This document shows positions 26,995 through 34,005 of a stretch of DNA of 39,845 nucleotides, piece after piece. Source of the DNA: a virus (lineage: Duplodnaviria; Caudoviricetes). A program made the position numbers and the translations under genes. Each line of letters opens with the position of its first letter. The stretch's first letter is position 1. The stretch covers positions 1-39,845 of the IMG/VR virus record IMGVR_UViG_3300028585_000500; one strand, given 5' to 3'. Under the pieces are notes generated by a model. That model saw only the letters and a list, made by a program, of their open reading frames with translations, was not told the DNA's origin and ran no database searches.

Positions 26995-27580
26995 CTTTGC
27001 CACCAGCAGCGGCGCGCTTACGGGCAGCGGCCAGCTTATCAGCCAGGCTGACGTTGATATTAAGCTCCTGCACCTCTTTGAAGGCGCTTACGCCGACGTG
27101 CTTACCGATCAGCTCGAGGTTCTTCACCTTATCTGGCCACTTCACTTTCTGCATGGTCGATTCGATATCCTCTTCGCCGTCACCACCGGCCATGCGGATC
27201 CGGTTGATGTCCATGGCGCTGAGCGATGTGCGCCAGACTTTGGGCCACTGACTGACGGGCTTCAGGCCGCCTTCATCGGTCAGTATGTCGAGCACGTCCA
27301 TCTGGTCGATCTCCACCAGCCGCTTCAGCACGTAATCGGCATCAATCTTTGTCCGGCGGCTACGGGCCTGGCGAAGGTGTGCAATCCGATCCTTTATTCG
27401 CTGGTCAGCCATAAGACGGCTTGCCTGATAAACGGCTGTGTCTGGTGAGTACCCGGCGGCGATAGCGCAGGCTGTCTGGTCGTCAGGGTTTTTCACGTAC
27501 TCCTCGCAGTAGCGCACCATCTGCTCGGTTAGTGGCCTGGTCGATTGCGGCTTGGGTCTATTCGATTGCGGTTTAGGCAT
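26987..27580 (-). CDS. terS: Terminase small subunit
   Basis: YCEEYV..AIAAGYSPDTA..ASRLM, IDADYVLKRLVEIDQMDVLDIL, KVKWPDKVKNLELIGKH. Confidence 0.92.
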   Translation of the reverse strand: MPKPQSNRPKPQSTRPLTEQMVRYCEEYVKNPDDQTACAIAAGYSPDTAVYQASRLMADQRIKDRIAHLRQARSRRTKIDADYVLKRLVEIDQMDVLDILTDEGGLKPVSQWPKVWRTSLSAMDINRIRMAGGDGEEDIESTMQKVKWPDKVKNLELIGKHVGVSAFKEVQELNINVSLADKLAAARKRAAAGGKDE

Positions 27581-27598
27581 GGTAACACCTCAAAATTT

Positions 27599-27615
27599 AT
27601 TACCGTTTTGGTAAT
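27599..27615. promoter_or_regulatory. Repressor operator upstream of terS
   Basis: Perfect ATTACC-GTTTT-GGTAAT. Confidence 0.75.
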
Positions 27616-27649
27616 AGTACCATGCAAATAACAGCAGCCAAATGGCGGG

Positions 27650-27889
27650 TTAACTTCGCTTGACGTGATGGGCGTGCGCGCAGAGGAATGCAGCGTTCTC
27701 TGTATCGAACTGGTGACAGGCTATCTCCTCCCAGTCGCCGGAGAATTTCCAGCGCACGTCCCATTTGCCATTGCTTCGCGGCCAGATGATGTAACCGCTG
27801 GTGAAGTCCCGCGATGCGTGGATGTCGGGCAGCTTTTCGCCCTTCTCCATGAAGTAAAATCTGGTGCCGCCTGAGTTGAAAGTGCGCAT
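27650..27889 (-). CDS. 79-aa hypothetical protein under a LexA-boxed promoter
   Basis: ATG 27889 (MRTFNSGGTRFYF...). Aromatic-rich, beta-strand-like core with C-terminal helix FDTENAAFLCAH. Confidence 0.7.
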   Translation of the reverse strand: MRTFNSGGTRFYFMEKGEKLPDIHASRDFTSGYIIWPRSNGKWDVRWKFSGDWEEIACHQFDTENAAFLCAHAHHVKRS

Positions 27890-27906
27890 AAAAAAGCCCC
27901 GAAACA

Positions 27907-27952
27907 CTGTTTATAAAACCAGTAATTTAGTCCTGATTTTTGGTTGAGGCAA
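27907..27952 (-). promoter_or_regulatory. Sigma70 promoter with LexA (SOS) box
   Basis: Minus strand TTGCCT (27952-27947)-17 nt-TAAATT (27929-27924), then A-CTGGTTTTATAAACAG-T (CTG-N10-CAG at 27907-27922). Confidence 0.8.
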
Positions 27953-27953
27953 T

Positions 27954-27977
27954 AAAAAACCCCGCCGGGGCGAGGTT
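27954..27977 (-). terminator. Rho-independent terminator of the early-right accessory operon
   Basis: Minus strand AACCTCGCC-CC-GGCGGGGTT-TTTT. Confidence 0.7.
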
Positions 27978-27997
27978 CTTATGATGGTTAATCTACG

Positions 27998-28168
27998 TTA
28001 GCGGGACATTTCACGCCGTGCGTGTGATATAGCTTTCTCCATTCGCTCCAGAGAAGCAGATGGCAGTGGGATTTCTCTTTCGGTGCAAATCTCTTTTATC
28101 AGGCCGTTAGCAATGACCAATTCCTCAAAAAGAGAAGCTATAAGCTCCCTTTGCTCATTCTCGTTCAC
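27998..28168 (-). CDS. 56-aa hypothetical protein, not in the ORF track
   Basis: GTGA overlap with the theta stop, AGGAGG SD, reads [56 protein letters not shown]-stop. Confidence 0.65.
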   Translation of the reverse strand: MNENEQRELIASLFEELVIANGLIKEICTEREIPLPSASLERMEKAISHARREMSR

Positions 28169-28410
28169 TTTCCTTCCTCCTTCTGATAAACCGGGTCAGT
28201 GCCGCGCGGGTACTGCTGCGCAACGCTCCTGTAATGCTGCAGCCGCTCGCGGAAGTACTCCTTCAGCGCTTCCGGCTGCTGCATCTCCACTTGCATGGCG
28301 ATAACCGGCATATTCATACGCTCCTTGTATACAACTCCTGACGCGGCTAAATCCACGTTAATCCTGTCGCGCTCTTCACGGCTGAGGGCCGCTAGATTAT
28401 GTGATGGCAT
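28165..28410 (-). CDS. holE: DNA polymerase III theta subunit homologue (HolE/Hot-like)
   Basis: [47 protein letters not shown] matches the HolE signature. Start 28410 or 28428. Confidence 0.88.
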   Translation of the reverse strand: MPSHNLAALSREERDRINVDLAASGVVYKERMNMPVIAMQVEMQQPEALKEYFRERLQHYRSVAQQYPRGTDPVYQKEEGK

Positions 28411-28421
28411 TTTTTCGCCCT

Positions 28422-28433
28422 GTGACATGTCAC
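28422..28433. repeat. GTGACATGTCAC palindrome, copy 3
   Basis: Extends to the 14-bp TGTGACATGTCACA, between a stop codon and the theta start. Confidence 0.65.
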
Positions 28434-28434
28434 A

Positions 28435-28713
28435 TCAATTATCTGGATGACTGAAGAAATGATAGTAGTCTTCTTCTAACCCAACGTAATGCAGATCAAA
28501 TCTTGTGCCTTTTTTCTTCTGTACGAAAGTCACAGCATTGCCGCGACTCAACATTGAACAGAATGCGGCTACATGTGCCTCTGTCGCCAGGGAAAGCTTT
28601 ACTCCCTGCACCGTCGCGCCATTATGCTCCACCAGCTCTGATGTGATAATGGCGTCCAGTGGGACGCCAGGGTACTCAAGAATTGTGACGATGGTTTTGT
28701 TATTGCGCGCCAT
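28435..28713 (-). CDS. Hypothetical protein
   Basis: 92 aa ORF overlapping the upstream stop. Confidence 0.6.
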   Translation of the reverse strand: MARNNKTIVTILEYPGVPLDAIITSELVEHNGATVQGVKLSLATEAHVAAFCSMLSRGNAVTFVQKKKGTRFDLHYVGLEEDYYHFFSHPDN

Positions 28714-29056
28714 TAGTTTGCCTGGTCAATTTCAGGTTATGCCAACCCGTAGTCACCCAGCATGCCATCTCACCACTGCATGGGCAATCCTGCACCGGCA
28801 GTTGTTCTTTGCACTTCCCGCACTGCTGCTGTGCCAGCGATTCAATCTGCTTCGCCAGCTCAGCGGCATCTTTGCGAATGAGCAACGCTATGTACTCGTT
28901 CAGCTCATACGGTTCGCGACCGGGGCGGCGTGCGGCGCAGTTCTGCGCCAGCATCTCCAGTTCCTGACTATCCAGCGCCAGCTCCAGCTTTTTACCACCG
29001 GCAGCGGCCTGCCTGGCACGCTGCGCTGCTTTGCGTTCGGCGGGGGATTTAGGCAT
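28700..29056 (-). CDS. Conserved phage protein, putative ribbon-helix-helix plus Cys-rich Zn site
   Basis: MPKSPAERKAAQRARQ basic arm, KKLELAL strand plus two helices, CGKC-x7-CPC-x5-CW. Confidence 0.65.
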   Translation of the reverse strand: MPKSPAERKAAQRARQAAAGGKKLELALDSQELEMLAQNCAARRPGREPYELNEYIALLIRKDAAELAKQIESLAQQQCGKCKEQLPVQDCPCSGEMACWVTTGWHNLKLTRQTNGAQ

Positions 29057-29343
29057 TAACCCGCCTCCTTAAAGTTTTCTTTCCAGCCCTGATTCAGCAT
29101 CCAGCTATAACGGTCGTTACATTTCCGGGAGTAGCCGGAGCTGTCAGAAAAACGACGACGGTCTTTGTTTGGAAACCAGCGAGACCAGCCATAACGATCA
29201 AATTGATACTCGGTGCCGTCCGCCAGAATTATCCGGCGGTGCTGTACTTCGTTCTTTCGGGTGCCATCCGGCAATACGTTGCAGCTGCTGCCGTTCAGGT
29301 CGAACTTCGCACCGGTAAAATCGATCATGGTCTTTGCCATCAC
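29056..29343 (-). CDS. Hypothetical protein
   Basis: 95 aa, coupled to neighbours, GGAGG-type SD. Confidence 0.6.
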   Translation of the reverse strand: MMAKTMIDFTGAKFDLNGSSCNVLPDGTRKNEVQHRRIILADGTEYQFDRYGWSRWFPNKDRRRFSDSSGYSRKCNDRYSWMLNQGWKENFKEAG

Positions 29344-29759
29344 TCCACCTCCGGCGCTGCTGCAAGCATGGCGCGATAACCGGCCTGAATCCCACCAATA
29401 CAGACACCCTCAAAATTGGCGTCTACCATTTCCTGTGTAATCTCAACCGGCACCAGTTTCCATCCCTCTGGCACTCGGTGAGCGGCGGGCACTGACTTAA
29501 TACGCATTGGGTCATCGTAGCAATCTGACAAGAACATCCGACCGAGCTTTGTCACTCGGTGAGCTTTCGGAGTAATAAGCCCCAGCTCAACCATGATTGT
29601 CGTGATGGTGTGGCCACAATGCCAATGGCACGCCTTCTTCAGCACGCTGTAACCCAGGAATGCCCGATAATCAGTGCGCCCGAAATTGGTTCCTTCGAAT
29701 GCGGTCATGATTACTTCATCAGTGATTTGGGGAGCGTGGCGCATGGCATCAGGCTTCAT
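29340..29759 (-). CDS. Eaa-type mosaic accessory protein
   Basis: C-terminal VPEGWKLVPVEITQEMV..YRAMLAAAPEVE module common in lambdoid ea genes. Confidence 0.65.
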   Translation of the reverse strand: MKPDAMRHAPQITDEVIMTAFEGTNFGRTDYRAFLGYSVLKKACHWHCGHTITTIMVELGLITPKAHRVTKLGRMFLSDCYDDPMRIKSVPAAHRVPEGWKLVPVEITQEMVDANFEGVCIGGIQAGYRAMLAAAPEVE

Positions 29760-30001
29760 TTCGCCTCCTTGATATCAGCCCGGAGGTGCAACTCACGACC
29801 ATCAGGCAGCTTAAAAACTTTGATGTCGTCGGACTTCATCAGATGAAATGCGACGGCATGAATAGCCTGGTCGGTTACATCCTGCTTCTCTCCAGTGAAA
29901 ACACGAGCGTCAGGATTACCGCCCTTAAGCGGCTTGGAGCGGCCTGCAAAAATTTTATTAGTTATACCGCTGAGGGCCACAGTGATTGGATTAGCCATCA
30001 C
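29756..30001 (-). CDS. Hypothetical phage protein
   Basis: 81 aa, overlapping start/stop coupling on both sides. Confidence 0.65.
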   Translation of the reverse strand: MMANPITVALSGITNKIFAGRSKPLKGGNPDARVFTGEKQDVTDQAIHAVAFHLMKSDDIKVFKLPDGRELHLRADIKEAK

Positions 30002-30525
30002 TCACCATCCTTACCGGCGCGGAGTTGGGCGGCGAATTTTACAGCCTCGCTACTTGCATGCTGGTGGAGTTGCTCGCCATAACAGCCAGGCGATTCAACA
30101 CGATATTTTTCGGCAATCGCATCATGTAGCTCTGCAAACATCTCCACACCCTCAGCCCGCACCGAGTTGAGGTAGGCGTCGGTGGCTGGGGTTTCTGATT
30201 TAAATCCGGTTGCCCCGATAAGTTCACGCATAGCGCCATTCTCAGCCGCCAGCGCGTCCCGTTCTGCTTTGAGTTCGGCAATCGCTCTGACGACACAACC
30301 TACCCCATCCTCGCCAATAGCGGCCATCATAGTTTTTTCCCAAACCATCTCTGCTTGCATGCAGGCATCACCACGCACCAGCGCGCAATCCAGACGGGTT
30401 GCCAGCACACTAACCATTTTCGCAATCTCGATCAGCGGCGTATCCATGCCGATCGCTTTGGCAAACGCATGCCCTGCAGCGACTAACTCTTTTCCCTTAA
30501 CATCACTTAACTTGCTATTTTCCAT
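29998..30525 (-). CDS. Ead/Ea22-like accessory protein
   Basis: LAAENGAM..ETPATDAYLNSVRAEGVEMFA..FAAQLRAGK modules. Confidence 0.7.
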   Translation of the reverse strand: MENSKLSDVKGKELVAAGHAFAKAIGMDTPLIEIAKMVSVLATRLDCALVRGDACMQAEMVWEKTMMAAIGEDGVGCVVRAIAELKAERDALAAENGAMRELIGATGFKSETPATDAYLNSVRAEGVEMFAELHDAIAEKYRVESPGCYGEQLHQHASSEAVKFAAQLRAGKDGE

Positions 30526-30605
30526 AAATATTTTTCACCTCAGACCGTTATCTAAAATCACAATTTTTGGGGTTAACACGCTTTTTGCTGCGCTGGTTAA
30601 CCTGT

Positions 30606-30953
30606 TCAGAACTCTTCAACGTCCCATCCCGCGGCTTTTGGCTTGGGGTAAACCGCTTTGAAGGCGAATGGGTACGAGTCCGCCGCGACCTTCATTTTCA
30701 CCCTGGCGTCATCGCTGAAGATCCGCTTTGAGCCTTTGACGTCGTGCATTTCGAGCTGGCCACTGGCATACATCACGGCGAAATCGACGGTGATAAAGCA
30801 GCTGTCAGCGAGGCGCAGTTTGATACCTTCAAACCGGTACCAGAGGATGATCCCGGCGCGCTTCTGCAGCTCGAGGTGAGCGGCATAGGCGGTTTCGGAT
30901 TTGTTCATCTGGCCGGTTTTGAGTCTGCCCAGTGCGTAAAGGCGCTTCTGCAT
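30606..30953 (-). CDS. DUF1064-like PD-(D/E)XK endonuclease, putative resolvase
   Basis: MNKSETAYAAHL, ITVDFAV..EMHDVKG..KMK. Confidence 0.75.
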   Translation of the reverse strand: MQKRLYALGRLKTGQMNKSETAYAAHLELQKRAGIILWYRFEGIKLRLADSCFITVDFAVMYASGQLEMHDVKGSKRIFSDDARVKMKVAADSYPFAFKAVYPKPKAAGWDVEEF

Positions 30954-30956
30954 ACT

Positions 30957-31000
30957 GTTACCTCATTGGTTACTATTACCATTTTGGTAATACTTAGCAA
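30957..31000 (-). promoter_or_regulatory. Promoter with two tandem repressor operators
   Basis: TTGCTA-17 nt-AATAGT on minus. ATTACC-ATTTT-GGTAAT at 30975-30991 and GTTACC-TCATT-GGTTAC at 30957-30973. Confidence 0.75.
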
Positions 31001-31159
31001 GTAAAAAAATGCGCTCATTTGCGCTTTCTCGCTATGCCCTTAAAACGCTCTGTATCGCGTTCTGCGAGTATTTACCGCGTTACCTGCTCCTTGCCTGCCC
31101 TGATACCAGATAATTAAATCTGATGCGGCTGGCGCGGGATTATTACTGATTTGGAACAG

Positions 31160-31963
31160 TCACCCTCTCCACCCGTCCGGGATTTCTTTGTCTGGCACGG
31201 GCATCACCGTGATGTCACGCTGGCGGTTCGCTGTTGCCGATGAAGCCGCCGGTCTGGCTCTTCGCTGTGAAACACTACGCGCAAGCTTCTGCTCCCACTG
31301 GGACTGGGTGAAAAACTTACCCTCCCCGATCCAGTACGTCACGAACTCAGCAATCTCAGTTTTCTCTGGCGGGGTCTTCAGGATGATCCCCCAGACAGCT
31401 GCCCGCCGCTGAAGATCCTCATCGGGTAGCCAGTCTTCGAACATGGAGAACTTACCGCCAGTGGCAGGGGTATTAATCACGACAGGTTCAACAGCAGGAA
31501 AGTTATCCACAGGAGCAGATAATTTTTCTTCGCGCGCGCTGTGTGGGGTTTCTTCCATTTCCCTGATCCCTGATCCCTGATCCATTCCCAATGGTAGCTC
31601 TACGGTAGTGCTACTGTAGTCGTACGGTACAAGCTCAAGACACTTGATTTTACTGGGCCGGGGCTTGTTCACGACCTGGTGGCGGCCGAAATTGCAGATG
31701 TGTCCAAAATGCTTGTTATCGGACGTGGAATACATGGCGATGTAACCACAGTTGGAAAGCTCCTGTATCAGTACCGGAATGCTCAGGGAGGGTTCACGAA
31801 TAGGGAATACCGCTGCGCGGATGAGTTTAGGGTTAGCATTAAAATAACCTTCATCGTCGGCATAATTGAGCAGCCCAATCGCCAGTAAGCAGGCTGGCTC
31901 TGATAGTTCTGACATATCCTCATCAGTCCAGAACTCGGGTTTAATAGTCCTGATACGAGCCAT
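31160..31963 (-). CDS. Replication initiator with DnaT-like C-terminal domain
   Basis: MARIRTIKPEFWTDE..GLLNYADDEG N-domain, KFSMFEDWLP..EFVTYW..QSQWEQKLARSV C-domain. Confidence 0.85.
   Translation of the reverse strand: MARIRTIKPEFWTDEDMSELSEPACLLAIGLLNYADDEGYFNANPKLIRAAVFPIREPSLSIPVLIQELSNCGYIAMYSTSDNKHFGHICNFGRHQVVNKPRPSKIKCLELVPYDYSSTTVELPLGMDQGSGIREMEETPHSAREEKLSAPVDNFPAVEPVVINTPATGGKFSMFEDWLPDEDLQRRAAVWGIILKTPPEKTEIAEFVTYWIGEGKFFTQSQWEQKLARSVSQRRARPAASSATANRQRDITVMPVPDKEIPDGWRG
31503..31630. repeat. Putative replication origin inside the initiator gene
   Basis: DnaA box TTATCCACA (31503-31511), (CCCTGAT)x3 at 31561-31581, 11-bp iterons GGTAGCTCTAC / GGTAGTGCTAC / TGTAGTCGTAC at 31593-31625. 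Confidence 0.7.
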
Positions 31964-32172
31964 CAGATAACCTCCGGCGAAGTAGTTCCCGCGGCGCTAT
32001 CCATGATCTGCTTAATCTCAGCCTGGCGGCGCAAACTGGAATCCATCGCACACTTAACGCAGTGGCCGTTATAGACGTAACGCTCGCTTTTATGGCCGTG
32101 CTTACACAGCTTGCCAGTGTAGTAGCGCTTGAGACCTGCTTTCGCAGCCTCCATGCGAGTAATGATTTTCAT
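31963..32172 (-). CDS. Small basic Cys/His Zn-binding phage protein
   Basis: YYTGKLCKHGH..RYVYNGHCVKC, with GAGGT SD. Confidence 0.75.
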   Translation of the reverse strand: MKIITRMEAAKAGLKRYYTGKLCKHGHKSERYVYNGHCVKCAMDSSLRRQAEIKQIMDSAAGTTSPEVI

Positions 32173-32299
32173 TTTGTTACCTCAACCTACGTTTACTATT
32201 ACGACTATTTTCGCCTAACAAGAAAACAAATCAAGGCTCATTTGCATATTTGGTAACGATTGGTTGTTTTATAAGGATTTTTAGTAATGGGAGTGTAAT

Positions 32300-32321
32300 A
32301 AAAAGCCGCCATGTAGGCGGC
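32300..32321 (-). terminator. Terminator after cro
   Basis: A5-GCCGCC-ATGTA-GGCGGC. Confidence 0.7.
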
Positions 32322-32344
32322 CTTCGGTGCAGGGTATGTGGTGG

Positions 32345-32572
32345 TTATGCGGCAGAGTAGAAGAAGGAAAGCAGCTGCTCTTTACTGATATTTGGGTTAA
32401 TTCCGATGACAGCTTTATGCAATTCCGTCATATAGTTACGACTCGGAACGCGGCGGGCGTACACCAGGTGAGTACGGATATAATTCACTGTCGTGCCAGC
32501 CTCTTTAGCCAGCTGCTTCTTTTCTTCCAGCGACAGTCCCTGCCAGAACTCTTTGAAGTCAAACGGCTCCAT
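32345..32572 (-). CDS. cro: Cro-like HTH regulator
   Basis: 75 aa, KQLAKEAGTTVNYIRTHL HTH, divergent from the repressor. Confidence 0.8.
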   Translation of the reverse strand: MEPFDFKEFWQGLSLEEKKQLAKEAGTTVNYIRTHLVYARRVPSRNYMTELHKAVIGINPNISKEQLLSFFYSAA

Positions 32573-32604
32573 TGGGGCCTCCAGATAACGATTTCATCCA
32601 CTGA

Positions 32605-32672
32605 ATTGTTACCTAACTGGTGGCAGTTATCAACCTGTATTACCAATCTGGTGCATTTACCAGAAAGGTAAC
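32605..32672. promoter_or_regulatory. Genetic switch: cro promoter and three operators
   Basis: Minus strand TTGATA (32633-32628)-17 nt-AACAAT (32610-32605). Operators at 32608-32624, 32639-32655 and 32656-32672 (TTTACC-AGAAA-GGTAAC). Confidence 0.7.
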
Positions 32673-32731
32673 ATCGGCTTTAATTGCACCTAAATAGCCT
32701 AATAATCATCAATCATGTATCAGGGAAACAA

Positions 32732-33307
32732 ATGAAGCCGATTTCCGGGATCCGACGGGCAAATCTAATCTATCTGCTTGAGACGCGATTCGAAGGGAAC
32801 CAGACGCAGATGGCGAAAGCCCTGGGTTCACTGCCAAACCTTATCAGCCGCTGGACGCGCGATAAGCCGATGGGCAGCGCAGCGGCGCGCAACATTGAGC
32901 GTGTGCTGAAACTGGAAGATTACTGGCTGGATAACGACCGGGACAATGTGCCGCCCGTCGCCCAGGACGTGGAGATCAGCGACGTGGTTTCGCATAACCT
33001 GCGCCTCTGGATGGACAAATCTGAAGACCTGAAAACACAGGGTAAAGTTCACCGCGCAAGCGGCGTGAACCAGTCAACTGTGGGCCGCGTTCTGAATAAA
33101 GAGATCGACCCCACCATAAGCACTGTTAACTCTATTGCCAAAGCGTTCGGCCGCAATGGCTATGAGCTGCTGATCCCGAATACTGACGCCCGTCAGATCC
33201 AGTATGACCGTGACCTTTATGAAAAGCTGGACCCGGCAGACAAAGAGAAGATCACCAGCTTTATTGAGTTCGTTATCAGCCAGGCACAGAAAGAGTCAGA
33301 TCAGTAA
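32732..33307 (+). CDS. Prophage repressor, two HTH-like domains, no S24 peptidase (SPC32H Rep-like)
   Basis: ATG 32732. RRANLIYLL..NQTQMAKALG..ARNIERVLKLEDYWLD and a second HTH TQGKVHRASGVNQSTVGRVLNKEIDPTISTVNSIAKAFG. Confidence 0.85.
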   Translation: MKPISGIRRANLIYLLETRFEGNQTQMAKALGSLPNLISRWTRDKPMGSAAARNIERVLKLEDYWLDNDRDNVPPVAQDVEISDVVSHNLRLWMDKSEDLKTQGKVHRASGVNQSTVGRVLNKEIDPTISTVNSIAKAFGRNGYELLIPNTDARQIQYDRDLYEKLDPADKEKITSFIEFVISQAQKESDQ

Positions 33308-33314
33308 ATACCGC

Positions 33315-33355
33315 GGCTTTATGACGGTATGAGTCAGCCATATACCGTCAAAGCC
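33315..33355 (+). repeat. Inverted repeat after the repressor
   Basis: GGCTT..TGACGGTAT / ATACCGTCA-AAGCC, followed by a C-rich, G-poor tract to 33420. Confidence 0.6.
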
Positions 33356-33420
33356 CGTACAGCCGCCACCTAATCCAGCCCACTCAACACCTACCCGATG
33401 CCATAACCCCCTCCCTTTCA

Positions 33421-33530
33421 GTTACCATTATGGTATTTTTTTCTTGTGATAACGATTGACACACCCTGAAAAACGCTTATTATTAGCCTCAAGTGTTACC
33501 AATTTGGTAATAGCAAATCGCTCTTTAACA
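33421..33530 (+). promoter_or_regulatory. pL-like early promoter with two operators and boxA
   Basis: TTGACA (33456-33461)-16 nt-TATTAT (33478-33483). Operators at 33421-33437 and 33495-33511. CGCTCTTTAACA boxA at 33519-33530. Confidence 0.8.
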
Positions 33531-33650
33531 ATCCGAAACGGGCAATCACAACCCACAATCTGGCCGCCCACCAGATGGCACGGCTACCCCGTAGAACCGG
33601 AACGCCTGCCCGGAAAGTGAACATCCCTATCCCTTTTTCGGAGACAGATC

Positions 33651-33842
33651 ATGACCTTTAATGATGTGACCGGAGAGCCTTTTGTAATAGTCCGCATAGC
33701 CTGTGGCTACCTCTGGAGAATGACAAATGTCCAGACGCGCTTCAGTCAGACAGTTAACCGTGACCAGTTCCGGAAGATCGCCTTAGCCGCTTATGGGCTT
33801 AAAGGCTCTTTGTCATGCAACCAACTATTACCAAAACGGTAA
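33651..33842 (+). CDS. Hypothetical early protein
   Basis: 63 aa with GGAG SD, first gene after the early promoter. Confidence 0.6.
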   Translation: MTFNDVTGEPFVIVRIACGYLWRMTNVQTRFSQTVNRDQFRKIALAAYGLKGSLSCNQLLPKR

Positions 33843-34000
33843 TTCTGGATTCAGAAATGAAATATCGTTACCAGAACGGCAAGTACACCTTTACCGCCTG
33901 CGTGCTTGGCATTGAGCGTCAGTTCTCTGACTTCAGCGCAGGCATTGAGTGGGTATTCACACAGAAAATGGCCGCCAGCTGCGCGGCAGACATGGAGTAA
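33815..34000 (+). CDS. Hypothetical early protein
   Basis: 61 aa overlapping the upstream ORF. Confidence 0.55.
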   Translation: MQPTITKTVILDSEMKYRYQNGKYTFTACVLGIERQFSDFSAGIEWVFTQKMAASCAADME

Positions 34001-34005
34001 CGGTT

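Noticed and set aside
10817-28433. Calling the palindromes canonical matS sites
   Set aside because: matS has a 3-nt spacer and these have 2 nt. Kept only as an unexplained motif.
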